NCBI GenBank assembly: GCA_964637695.1
Contig: CAZWVF010000015.1
Location: 11,122 to 48,059 of the forward strand
Reading direction: 5' to 3'
DNA: 36,938 nucleotides
Source of the DNA: an uncultured Gemmatimonadota bacterium
GTDB taxonomy: Bacteria > Blakebacterota > Blakebacteria > Blakebacterales > Blakebacteraceae
Notes under the pieces: generated by a model
Told to the model about the DNA's origin: nothing
What the model saw: only the letters and a program-made list of their open reading frames with translations
Databases searched by the model: none
In this document: piece by piece, positions 28,607 to 36,938 of the stretch
How positions within the stretch are numbered: position 1 is the stretch's first letter
Layout: the number at the start of each line of letters is the position of its first letter
Made by a program: the position numbers and the translations under genes

Positions 28607-30243
28607 GTGAAATTGGACAGGATGTGAACGGGCGGGAACACCGCGGGAAGACACCAGATTCTGCTCTGCTGGCTCTCTCAGGTTTGGAGAACAGACTGGG
28701 CGAACTCCCTGAAGGGAAGCCTGAACCGGTGAATCCTCTCAGGCTGGGGATACAGGGGAAATTCGCCCTCGCCGTTCTGGGCATCGTCCTGATTATCATG
28801 ATCGGGGTGGCCTGGTATGAACTGCGCAGCGGTATACAGATGGTGATCATGGCTGATAAGACAATCGATCTGACAAACCTGCGCACATTCAACGAATGGA
28901 CTCAGGCCATACTCTTTCTGTTGCGATCACCCATCATCGCGCTGGTCGCCGCCGGATTCGTGATCCTCTTCTACACATCCCGCTACGTTGTCACACCATT
29001 GAAAGATGCAGGTGAGGTGGCCGACGCAATTGCAGGAGGCGATCTGACCCGCCGGATCAACTATGAATCGGACGATGAGATCGGAGACCTGGTCAAGTCG
29101 TTCAATGTCATGACCCGCTCTCTGGTGAAGAAGGTGGATCAGCTTGCCAGCCTGAATCAGGCGGGACATGCATTTTCGAGTCATCTCTCTCTAGAGAATC
29201 TGGGTGAAACGATCAACGAGAACATTCGGGAGCATGTACGCCCTTCAATCGTTGGACTCTATACCATCGACCAGGAGGATTATGAGGCCGGCGTACCGGC
29301 CAAAGAGGCCTTAAAGCGGGCAAGTAGTGAAGAGGAATACAGCGAGTCTGTTATCGAGGCGCAGAACACCCTGGCCTTGAAGGTAGTCGAGAGTGAGAGC
29401 TATTCTCAGCTCTTTACCGGGGAAACGCAGGTACTCCGTGCCGATCTTCTGATACCCGGTAAAGCAATCAATTCTGTAGGCCTGCCTCTTTTCGGTGAGG
29501 GACACGCACTGGGTGCCCTGGTACTGACGGTAGAACGGAGCGGCGAATCGTATTCTGTTGACGACATCGAATTCCTCAAGATCCTGGCCAGTCACATTTC
29601 GGTGGCAGCCAGGAACGCCCAGCTCTACCGCAGTCTCGAGATCTCCTATCTGGATACCGTTGCCGCTCTTGCCGCCGCGGTTGACGCAAAAGATGCCTAT
29701 ACGAGAGGTCACTCCGAGCGGGTGATGCGGAATTCGGTGCACCTTGCGCGGGCTCTCGGTCTTCCTCAACGGGAAGTCAGCATGATCAGGTATTCGGCGC
29801 TTCTGCACGATGTCGGCAAGATCGGTCTGCCGACACACATCCTTTCGACCAAGGCGCGCCTGACAGAAGAGGAATTCAACCTGGTCAAACAACACCCTGT
29901 AATCGGCCATGAGATAGTTAAGCCGATCAGTTTTCTGCGACCTGCACTCAACGGGATTCTCTACCACCACGAGCGCTGGGATGGACACGGCTACCCGGAG
30001 GGCCTTGAAGGTGAAGATATTCCGTTTATGGGCAGGCTCCTGACCCTCTCGGACTCGTGGGATGCAATGGCACACGATCGATTCTACAGAAGGGCACGCA
30101 GTACAGATGAAATAGTGGAGGAACTGCAGGACTGTTCAGGTACGCAGTTCGATCCAAACCTTATACCAACAGCAGTCGAGGTACTTCCGGCAGTGACTTC
30201 GCGGGACCGTGAGGAACTCGTACTGAAGGATTCTGAACAATGA
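28603..30243 (+). CDS. Membrane HAMP-GAF-HD-GYP domain protein (c-di-GMP phosphodiesterase class)
   Basis: Two TM segments, a HAMP domain (AGEVADAIAGGDLTRRINYESDDEIGDLVKSFNVMTRSL), a GAF-like middle region, an HD motif (SALLHDVGKIG) and a GYP motif (HHERWDGHGYPEGL). ATGA overlaps on both sides. Confidence 0.85.
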   Translation: MSEIGQDVNGREHRGKTPDSALLALSGLENRLGELPEGKPEPVNPLRLGIQGKFALAVLGIVLIIMIGVAWYELRSGIQMVIMADKTIDLTNLRTFNEWTQAILFLLRSPIIALVAAGFVILFYTSRYVVTPLKDAGEVADAIAGGDLTRRINYESDDEIGDLVKSFNVMTRSLVKKVDQLASLNQAGHAFSSHLSLENLGETINENIREHVRPSIVGLYTIDQEDYEAGVPAKEALKRASSEEEYSESVIEAQNTLALKVVESESYSQLFTGETQVLRADLLIPGKAINSVGLPLFGEGHALGALVLTVERSGESYSVDDIEFLKILASHISVAARNAQLYRSLEISYLDTVAALAAAVDAKDAYTRGHSERVMRNSVHLARALGLPQREVSMIRYSALLHDVGKIGLPTHILSTKARLTEEEFNLVKQHPVIGHEIVKPISFLRPALNGILYHHERWDGHGYPEGLEGEDIPFMGRLLTLSDSWDAMAHDRFYRRARSTDEIVEELQDCSGTQFDPNLIPTAVEVLPAVTSRDREELVLKDSEQ

Positions 30244-32072
30244 CGACTCTTCGACGAGGTAAGGAGGATCCTCTCAGGGATCAGCCGATGCAGGAGAGGA
30301 GGCGCAAGCTGGGAGACATCCTGGTTGAGCGCGGCCTGATCTCGGAAACTCAGATAACGCAGGCCCTCCAGCAGCAACAAAAGGAATACAAGCGTTTCGG
30401 TGAGATCCTCAGGGATATGCGGTTCGTCATAGAAAGCGAACTCATCAAGGCTATCGCCTTCCAGCTGGGTGTGGATACTTTCGACCTCACTACTTATGAG
30501 CCTGAAGAGCGTCTTGCCGATTCGATCCCTGAAGAAATGGCAAGGCGTACAAGATCGGTGCCGGTTGATATTGTCGAGGATGGTGAGGTTCTCATGGTCG
30601 CCGTCCTCGATCCAATGGATGTGGCAAAACTCGACGACCTGAAGAGACTGGCCAGACTCGAAATTGAACCGATTATCGGTACCCGTAACGATATAGACCG
30701 GGCAATCGAAAGACTTTACGGTCTGAGTGCATTCTTCAAAGAGTTCGGTGAATTGAGCGATGAGGAGGCCATTGAATTCGTTAAGCTGGAGGAAGGGCAG
30801 GAGGATGAATACAACCTGCAGGAGATGGCTGAAATAGCTGAAGAAGCTCCGGTCGTTAAACTGGTTAACCTGGTTATCGGTAAAGCACTCCGAGATGGCG
30901 CTTCAGATATTCATATAGAGCCATCGGCCCATCACCTCAGAATCCGTTACAGGATACATGGCGTGCTGATCGAAGAGGATATGACACCGCCGAAGCGCCT
31001 GCAGTCTGCTGTGATAACGCGTATCAAGATCCTCTCATACATGGACATCGCCGAGAAACGGATACCGCAGGATGGACGCTTCCACGTAAGACTGCACGGT
31101 ATGGAGGTGGATATCCGGGTAAGCACCCTTCCTACCTATTACGGTGAAAAGATTGTGATGAGGCTTCTCGAAACGTCGAAGGATCAGTTGCGCCTCGACA
31201 GGATAGGCTTCCCGACTTCCTCTCTGAAGGTTTTCCGGGACATGATACGGCGTCCCAATGGTGTTCTCCTGGTTACAGGACCTACCGGATCGGGCAAGAC
31301 TACCACTCTCTATTCCGCACTCTCCGAAATCAACAGCCCGGAGAAAAACATTGTTACAGTTGAAGATCCTATCGAATACCAGCTCGAGATGATCAACCAG
31401 GTCCAGACCAATCCGAGGGCCGGCCTGACCTTTGCAAACAGCCTCAGATCGATACTCCGCCAGGATCCCGACATCATCATGGTCGGAGAGATCCGTGATG
31501 TAGAGACCGCCCAGATAGCGGTGCAGGCCTCCCTGACCGGGCACCTGGTGTTCTCAACCCTCCATACAAATGATGCTGTTGGAGCAGTGGTCAGGCTGAT
31601 TGACATGGGAGTTCCCGAGTATCTGATCGCCAACACGATTACAGGGGTTCTGGCACAGAGGCTTGTCAGGACAATCTGCAAGGTATGCAGGGAGCCTTAC
31701 GAACCGGACCCCGAGATAATACGCCAGATTGCAGACGTAGAGTTCGAGGAATTCACTTTTATGAAGGGTCGCGGCTGCAGTGAATGCATGAACACCGGAT
31801 ACAGCGGTCAGACAGGCATTTACGAACTGCTTACGGTGACCAGGGATATACGGGAACTGATCAACCAGCATGCAGGCAGTACGCTCATTACCGATACGGC
31901 CCGCCGTCAGGGTCTAAGACTGCTCCGTGAAGATGGCCTGGATAAAGTCCTGCAGAATATAACCACTGTTGAGGAGATAATGCGCGTCACCCAGGATATC
32001 GAGGAGATGGAGGAAGAAGCAGACACAGAGCAGAAAACAGAGACAGAATCAGAGAAAGTGGAGATGTTGTAG
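30240..32072 (+). CDS. pilB: PilB/GspE-family secretion ATPase with an N-terminal MshEN-like domain
   Basis: N-terminal RKLGDILVERGLISETQITQALQQQ and KRFGEILRDMRFVIESELIKAIAFQ (MshEN-type motifs) and a GSPII_E N-domain. Walker A GPTGSGKTTT, Asp box, His box and the tetracysteine CKVC...CSEC. Confidence 0.9.
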   Translation: MTTLRRGKEDPLRDQPMQERRRKLGDILVERGLISETQITQALQQQQKEYKRFGEILRDMRFVIESELIKAIAFQLGVDTFDLTTYEPEERLADSIPEEMARRTRSVPVDIVEDGEVLMVAVLDPMDVAKLDDLKRLARLEIEPIIGTRNDIDRAIERLYGLSAFFKEFGELSDEEAIEFVKLEEGQEDEYNLQEMAEIAEEAPVVKLVNLVIGKALRDGASDIHIEPSAHHLRIRYRIHGVLIEEDMTPPKRLQSAVITRIKILSYMDIAEKRIPQDGRFHVRLHGMEVDIRVSTLPTYYGEKIVMRLLETSKDQLRLDRIGFPTSSLKVFRDMIRRPNGVLLVTGPTGSGKTTTLYSALSEINSPEKNIVTVEDPIEYQLEMINQVQTNPRAGLTFANSLRSILRQDPDIIMVGEIRDVETAQIAVQASLTGHLVFSTLHTNDAVGAVVRLIDMGVPEYLIANTITGVLAQRLVRTICKVCREPYEPDPEIIRQIADVEFEEFTFMKGRGCSECMNTGYSGQTGIYELLTVTRDIRELINQHAGSTLITDTARRQGLRLLREDGLDKVLQNITTVEEIMRVTQDIEEMEEEADTEQKTETESEKVEML

Positions 32073-32080
32073 AGGATACC

Positions 32081-33919
32081 ATGGCTGGATTCTTTCCGAA
32101 AATGGGTCGTGCCAGAGTTCGCCTCCGGCTTGTGGTCAGTCTTCCTCTGCTGATCCTGTTGATCTCAACCGCCGTGCTGATCGTCACATATGTGAAAATC
32201 AGTAATGTTCAGCGACAGCTTGCTTTAAGTCATCATCTGGCATTGGCAAGTAATCTTGCAGCCACTGCGCAGAGCGAGGCTGACAAAGAAGGAAGCGATC
32301 TATTCGGCATGCTGGGTTCGCAGGTGGGACGCTATGCATTAACACATTCCAGTGGTGGGGTCAGATTTGTGCTGGTCCGAACAGAACCCGCTGGTCCCAT
32401 TATGTTTTTCGATCCGGAAGGATTAATCGGGACCAGAGATCAAACCCAACTCCTTACTCTTACTACTGAATTGGCAACTCCCCGAGTTATTCCAGTTGGT
32501 ATTAATGCAGAGCTCTACCTCGTTACCGCCCACCTGGCTGTCCGTAACGGTTTCTTCCTGATAGCAATGGAACCTCTCCGTAATATCATGTCACTGCCCA
32601 ACTGGGCGTTGAGACTGGGGGCTCTGACATCAATTATAACCGCCCTGATTTTAATGGTTACCGCATGGATGATTACAGCTCCCCTTCATAGACTGGCCGA
32701 ACGTACAAGGGAACTGGCCCGACGGGAACTGCTCGATCCCAGGGAGATCGACGAGATCATAGAGAAGGCGCGGGAACCAGAAGAAGTCGCTGCACTGACC
32801 CTTGCACTGGAACAGGCCCTGATCAGCATGGTCAACCTCAAGCGCTCGATTCATGGGATTATCGAGGCGATGGAGGGTGGTATACTGGCCACCGACGAAG
32901 AGGGCAATCTTCAGTATATAAATACGGCGGCCCGCGAGCTTATGGGGCTCGAAGGCCGGCTGGTCGGTCGTCCGGTACGCCGGATTATCCCTTCTCCAGA
33001 CGGGAACAGGGCGCTGCTGGCCATCCTGGATGAGTTGCTGAATGAGCAGGTAACCTACAGCAGACCGCGTGAGATCCAGATCATCAACGGCAGAGGTGAA
33101 ACCCTCGATCTGGGAATAGCAACGAGCCTGATACCGGGTGAAAACGGGAAAGTTCTCAGTTCGATCGTCGTACTGGTCGATCTGACCGAACTGGTTGAAC
33201 TTCAGGATAGAGTGCGGAAAGCTGACAGGCTGAGCGCCCTTGGCAGTATGGCAACGAAGGTTGCTCACGAGATCAGGAATCCTCTGGGTTCGGTGAAGGG
33301 ACTCGGCCAGCTTGTACTGGAATCTGTAGAGGAAGAGAGCAATACGTACCAGTATATGCAGAGGATAGTTCGCGAGGTCGACCGCCTGAGCAAGATCGTT
33401 GACGAACTGCTTGATTATTCACAGCACAGACCCCTCACTCTGGAATCTGTAGACCCGAATGAAGTCGTACGCGAAGGTATCGAAATGGCCCGCTTTAAAG
33501 AGGGTGATCAGGGGCCGACCTTTCTACAGGAGTTCGATCTTTCACTGCCGCCGATCCGCATGGACCGTAACAGATTCCTTCAGGCAGTTCTGAATATCCT
33601 GGTAAATGCCATCCAGGCAGTTGAACCGGAAGGTGGTGTGGTGACTGTTTCCACTTATCTGGAGGAAAGTGCCAGGGGGGGGCAGATCGTTCTGGAGATT
33701 TCTGACAACGGTCCCGGGATCCCCGCGGATGTGCAGGATCACATATTCGATCCGTTTTTCACAACTAAAGAAGGTGGTTCGGGCCTCGGACTCAGCATTG
33801 CCCATACCATTATCAGGGAGCATAAGGGAGTGCTGGAACTGAACAGCAAACTGGGACAGGGTTCTACCTTCAGGATAGTGCTGCCCAGAATGCACTGGGG
33901 GGAGGTTGATTCCGAATGA
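32081..33919 (+). CDS. Sensor histidine kinase with periplasmic sensor, PAS, HisKA and HATPase_c domains (NtrB/AtoS-like)
   Basis: Two TM segments flanking a periplasmic domain of about 150 aa. PAS region (GILATDEEGNLQYINTAARELMGLEG), H-box (ATKVAHEIRNPLGSVKG) and G-boxes (DNGPGIPADVQDHIFDPFFTTK, GGSGLGLSIAH). Confidence 0.85.
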   Translation: MAGFFPKMGRARVRLRLVVSLPLLILLISTAVLIVTYVKISNVQRQLALSHHLALASNLAATAQSEADKEGSDLFGMLGSQVGRYALTHSSGGVRFVLVRTEPAGPIMFFDPEGLIGTRDQTQLLTLTTELATPRVIPVGINAELYLVTAHLAVRNGFFLIAMEPLRNIMSLPNWALRLGALTSIITALILMVTAWMITAPLHRLAERTRELARRELLDPREIDEIIEKAREPEEVAALTLALEQALISMVNLKRSIHGIIEAMEGGILATDEEGNLQYINTAARELMGLEGRLVGRPVRRIIPSPDGNRALLAILDELLNEQVTYSRPREIQIINGRGETLDLGIATSLIPGENGKVLSSIVVLVDLTELVELQDRVRKADRLSALGSMATKVAHEIRNPLGSVKGLGQLVLESVEEESNTYQYMQRIVREVDRLSKIVDELLDYSQHRPLTLESVDPNEVVREGIEMARFKEGDQGPTFLQEFDLSLPPIRMDRNRFLQAVLNILVNAIQAVEPEGGVVTVSTYLEESARGGQIVLEISDNGPGIPADVQDHIFDPFFTTKEGGSGLGLSIAHTIIREHKGVLELNSKLGQGSTFRIVLPRMHWGEVDSE

Positions 33920-35316
33920 GCCGGGTACTTGTGCTGGACGATGAAGAGAACATCCGGTTTTTCTTCACCGAAGCCCTTAAAAAGGAAGGGTACGACGTCA
34001 AGACCGTCGGCAGGGGCGAGCGGGCTCTTGAATTGTTCGATAGCGAGGATTTCGATGTGGCGGTTGTCGACCTGAAGCTTCCCGATGCGAACGGAATGGA
34101 CATTCTGAAAACATTCCGCCAGCGCAGGCCTGAAACTCCAGTGATCATGATAACTGCTCACGGGAACCGTCAGGTGGCCATCCAGGCCCTGAACGAGGGC
34201 GCATACGATTACTTCAGTAAACCGTTCGATCTGGAGGATATGCGCGTCGTAATACGCAGGGCTGCGGAAAAAGCACGATTGGTACGAGAAGTTGACAGGC
34301 TTCGAAAGCAGATACAGGGGGACAGGGAAGGGAGTCTCCCCGTTCTTATCGGGGAGAGTTCGGCCATGGAGACTGTTCGGGAAATGATCTCGACGATAGC
34401 CGACAGCGATGTGACCTGCCTGATCATGGGTGAGTCGGGCACGGGCAAGGAACTCGCGGCGGAATTGATCCATCACCAGAGCAGCCGGATTGAAGGTCCC
34501 TTCGTAAAATTAAACTGTGCAGCCATCCCCGATACTCTTATCGAAACCGAGATGTTCGGTTATGAGAAAGGTGCATTCACCGGGGCTGCGCAGCGCACCA
34601 GGGGCAAATTCGAACAGGCCGACGGCGGCACGCTCTTTCTGGACGAGATCGGAGACATGACTGCTCTGGTTCAGACGAAACTGCTCAGGGTTATTGAAAC
34701 AGGGGAATTTCACCGCGTTGGCGGGGCCGACAATGTGCATGTCGATGTACGCCTTCTGGCAGCGACCAATCAGGATCTGGGCAGTGCAATAGAGGATGGT
34801 TCTTTCCGCGAAGATCTCTACTACAGGGTTAACGTGGTGAGCCTTTCCATGCCTTCCCTGCGGGACCGTCCTGAAGACATTCCGACTCTGATCCGGTCTT
34901 TTCTCGGTGACTTCAGCAAGAAATTCAACAAGTCGATTTCGGGGATCCGGGAAGATGCAATGGAGAGGCTGCTCTCCTATTCATGGCCGGGGAATGTGCG
35001 GGAACTCCAGAATGTACTTCAGCGCGCGGTGGTGCTGGAAAGAAGCGACCTGATTTCGCTCGCATCTCTGCCCGATACGATCACGGGTGGACTCCCGTCA
35101 ACCAGTCTGAGCCTGGCCGAACTGGAAGGTGAATCTCTGGCAGATGCACTTAAGAGGATAAAGGCCAGGTACGAAAAAGTACTCATCCAGGAAGCACTCG
35201 ATAAGACTGAGGGCAATAAAACCAGGGCTTCAAAACTGTTGAAAATCAGCAGGGTGAACCTTCATCAAAAGATCAATGAATACAATATCGAGCAGCTTTC
35301 CAATGGTTCTGAGTGA
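33916..35316 (+). CDS. pilR: Sigma-54-dependent response regulator (NtrC/PilR family)
   Basis: REC domain (VLVLDDEENIRFF...DVAVVDLKLPDANGMDIL), AAA+ sigma-54 activator domain (GESGTGKELAAELIH, GAFTGA, ESELFGHEKGAFTGA-like EMFGYEKGAFTGA) and a Fis-type HTH (TRASKLLKISRVNLHQKI). ATGA overlap with the kinase gene. Confidence 0.85.
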   Translation: MSRVLVLDDEENIRFFFTEALKKEGYDVKTVGRGERALELFDSEDFDVAVVDLKLPDANGMDILKTFRQRRPETPVIMITAHGNRQVAIQALNEGAYDYFSKPFDLEDMRVVIRRAAEKARLVREVDRLRKQIQGDREGSLPVLIGESSAMETVREMISTIADSDVTCLIMGESGTGKELAAELIHHQSSRIEGPFVKLNCAAIPDTLIETEMFGYEKGAFTGAAQRTRGKFEQADGGTLFLDEIGDMTALVQTKLLRVIETGEFHRVGGADNVHVDVRLLAATNQDLGSAIEDGSFREDLYYRVNVVSLSMPSLRDRPEDIPTLIRSFLGDFSKKFNKSISGIREDAMERLLSYSWPGNVRELQNVLQRAVVLERSDLISLASLPDTITGGLPSTSLSLAELEGESLADALKRIKARYEKVLIQEALDKTEGNKTRASKLLKISRVNLHQKINEYNIEQLSNGSE

Positions 35317-35474
35317 TAAGGAATCTTTACAGGCGAATTCGATATGTTAAAGAAAATTAACAGAATCAGGGTCAATTCGAGGTATGCAAGATTGACAAGA
35401 ATACAACATAGCGCACATCTAATTTCTTATATATCAAGAAGTTACACTGAATACATTGAGTACTATGGAGAGGT

Positions 35475-35490
35475 TGGCATGCTCTTTGCA
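35475..35490 (+). promoter_or_regulatory. Sigma-54 (-24/-12) promoter TGGCAT-gctct-TTGCA upstream of pilC
   Basis: Exact consensus spacing (GG-N10-GC) at 35475-35490, 22 nt upstream of the pilC ATG and directly downstream of the sigma-54 activator gene. Possible upstream activator repeats AATTCGAnnATG at 35335-35346 and 35373-35386. Confidence 0.5.
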
Positions 35491-35511
35491 ACCTTGAGGG
35501 AGAGTCTGTAA

Positions 35512-36747
35512 ATGGCCCGTAATTACGAGTACAAGATCATCACTACCGATGGCAGCGTGAGAACGGGGGAATTACAGGCAGACAGCGTGAAGGTTGTTTA
35601 CGACCAGCTCGTTTCGCGCGGCTACTCGGTAGTCAGCGTGGAACCAAAGCGGAAATCTTTGGCAGCGCTGGATTTCAGCTTCCTGGATCGACTTTTTCAG
35701 AAACCGATCAAGGACGATGACATTGCCACCTTCACCACGCTCTTTGGCACAATGCTCAAAGCTGGTGTGCCCCTCACAGAGGGGCTGGACGTGATAATCT
35801 CGCAGACGGAGAACCCGCGATTTAAGGAGATCCTGAGCGAGGTTAAACGTCAGATACAGTCCGGTGAACAGTTGAGTGAAGCATTCGGGCGTTACCCGAA
35901 GGTCTTTGGACCCCTTTTCCTCTCCCTGGTACGTGTTGGAGAGATCGGGGGCGGGCTGCCCGAGAATCTGCTTTACCTGGCAGGGATACTTGAAAGCCAG
36001 AAGGAATTGAACCAGCGGATCAAGAACGCCATGGTCTATCCATCGATAATGGCGTCGGTAGCAGTCATAATTGTGACATTCCTTCTGACTTTCATTATTC
36101 CTTCCTTTGTCGAGATCTTCACCGATGCCGGTGTGGAACTGCCCGGGCTGACCATAGCGCTCCTGGCAACAAGCTCCTTCATTTCCAGCTACTGGTACCT
36201 GCTGTTTCCGGGTCTGATCCTGCTGGTTGTGGGGCTGAAACTGCTGGTGAAAACAGACCGGGGAGAGAGGATCTTTCACAAAGGGCTCCTCCAGACACCG
36301 ATAATCGGTGACCTGATCCGGAAGCTGAACGTGGCACGCTTCTCACGCACGTACGGCTCGCTTCTGTCACGGGGAGTGCCGCTGGTTGAAACCCTGGAAG
36401 TGGTTGCCCACGTGATCAGCAACCGGATCATCAGGGAAGTGATCGAGAAAGTTGAGCGCCAGATAAAGCAGGGCCGATCCTTTACCGAACCACTGGCCGA
36501 GAGCAAAGAGATTCCACCCATGGTAGTCCAGATGTTCGCTGTGGGTGAAGAGAGTGGGGCACTCGATGAGATGGCCATCGAGGTGGCCGATTTCTACGAT
36601 TCGGAAGTGGCCCACGAAGTAAGTCGTTTAACCACGGTTTTGGAACCACTGCTGATCATCGGAGTGGGGCTGATAGTGAGCATGCTAATTCTGGCCTGTC
36701 TGCTTCCGATGTTCGACATGATGTCGGTCTACCGATCTGGAGGGTGA
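35512..36747 (+). CDS. pilC: PilC/GspF inner-membrane platform protein
   Basis: Two T2SSF repeats (FTTLFGTMLKAGVPLTEGL... and FSRTYGSLLSRGVPLVETL...), three TM segments, and the typical N-terminus MARNYEYKIITTDGSVRTGE. Confidence 0.9.
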   Translation: MARNYEYKIITTDGSVRTGELQADSVKVVYDQLVSRGYSVVSVEPKRKSLAALDFSFLDRLFQKPIKDDDIATFTTLFGTMLKAGVPLTEGLDVIISQTENPRFKEILSEVKRQIQSGEQLSEAFGRYPKVFGPLFLSLVRVGEIGGGLPENLLYLAGILESQKELNQRIKNAMVYPSIMASVAVIIVTFLLTFIIPSFVEIFTDAGVELPGLTIALLATSSFISSYWYLLFPGLILLVVGLKLLVKTDRGERIFHKGLLQTPIIGDLIRKLNVARFSRTYGSLLSRGVPLVETLEVVAHVISNRIIREVIEKVERQIKQGRSFTEPLAESKEIPPMVVQMFAVGEESGALDEMAIEVADFYDSEVAHEVSRLTTVLEPLLIIGVGLIVSMLILACLLPMFDMMSVYRSGG

Positions 36748-36811
36748 TCCACGGCAGACCATTCATAAATCAATCAATACCGGATCGCCCGCCTCTCAGG
36801 AGGAACAGGAT

Positions 36812-36938
36812 ATGTTCAGAAGATTAAGTCGTAACGAGGAGAAGGGGTTCACACTGATCGAGCTGCTGATCGTAATGGCACTACTCGGTGTGCTGGTCGC
36901 AGTTCTTCTGCCCAAGTACCAGGACCTGACTCCGGAAG
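36812..36938 (+). CDS. Major type IV pilin / pseudopilin (PilA/GspG-like), truncated by the window end
   Basis: RBS CAGGAGGA 8 nt upstream. MFRRLSRNEEKG|FTLIELLIVMALLGVLVAVLLPKY with E5. Confidence 0.8.
   Translation, partial: MFRRLSRNEEKGFTLIELLIVMALLGVLVAVLLPKYQDLTPE

Noticed and set aside
29311-36279. Minus-strand ORFs of 254, 169, 205, 245 and 235 aa inside the pilus operon
   Set aside because: Each is antisense to a confidently assigned plus-strand gene (HD-GYP, pilB, kinase, pilR, pilC).
36748-36811. Sigma-54-like sequence CGGCAG-ACCAT-TCATA upstream of the major pilin
   Set aside because: The -12 element lacks the conserved GC, so this is only a weak partial match. The pilin is more likely co-transcribed from the pilC sigma-54 promoter.
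1-36938. CRISPR arrays, transposases, integrases, toxin-antitoxin or known defence-system genes
   Set aside because: No regularly spaced short repeats, and no transposase, integrase or defence-type domains, were seen in any frame.

Overview
This is a GC-rich bacterial chromosomal window, roughly 55-60% GC by eye, with no obvious mobile-element genes. It most likely comes from an uncultured or candidate-phylum organism: it has many lipoproteins, Vps10/sortilin-like proteins, and pilins with GspH-like and GspK-like minor subunits.

First half (1-20.8 kb): mixed housekeeping and envelope genes.
- Two paralogous Vps10/sortilin-type BNR beta-propeller genes in inverted orientation. One lies on the minus strand, runs off the window start and is missing from the ORF track. 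The other is at 9014-12199.
- A DUF302 gene and tRNA-Asp(GTC) followed by an intrinsic terminator.
- A YtrA/YhcF-type GntR regulator with a long perfect inverted-repeat operator, translationally coupled to a polytopic-membrane SPFH protein.
- A small acidic protein coupled to an EEP-family lipoprotein, then a lipoprotein carrying six YWTD (LDL-receptor class B) beta-propeller blades.
- A PAC2-family protein, PepD dipeptidase, an AmmeMemoRadiSam-type radical SAM enzyme, a TolB-like lipoprotein, an M20 peptidase and an SPFH-NfeD pair.

Second half (21.2 kb to window end): one long, tightly overlapping type IV pilus-like operon after a 0.5 kb AT-rich regulatory region.
- Gene order: GspH/I/J/K-like minor pseudopilins, PilM-N-O-P, a compact secretin, a membrane HAMP-GAF-HD-GYP phosphodiesterase, a PilB/GspE ATPase, a sensor histidine kinase with a sigma-54 NtrC/PilR-type regulator, then PilC and a major pilin truncated by the window edge.
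- The ATPase has an MshEN-like N-terminus with c-di-GMP-binding motifs.
- A textbook sigma-54 promoter (TGGCAT-N5-TTGCA) sits upstream of PilC.

The most distinctive signal is the HD-GYP/MshEN c-di-GMP module embedded in the pilus operon together with a sigma-54 circuit. Other points are a conserved RR[LI]S[RD]N prepilin leader shared by three pilins, the GntR-SPFH pair and the small-protein/EEP pair.
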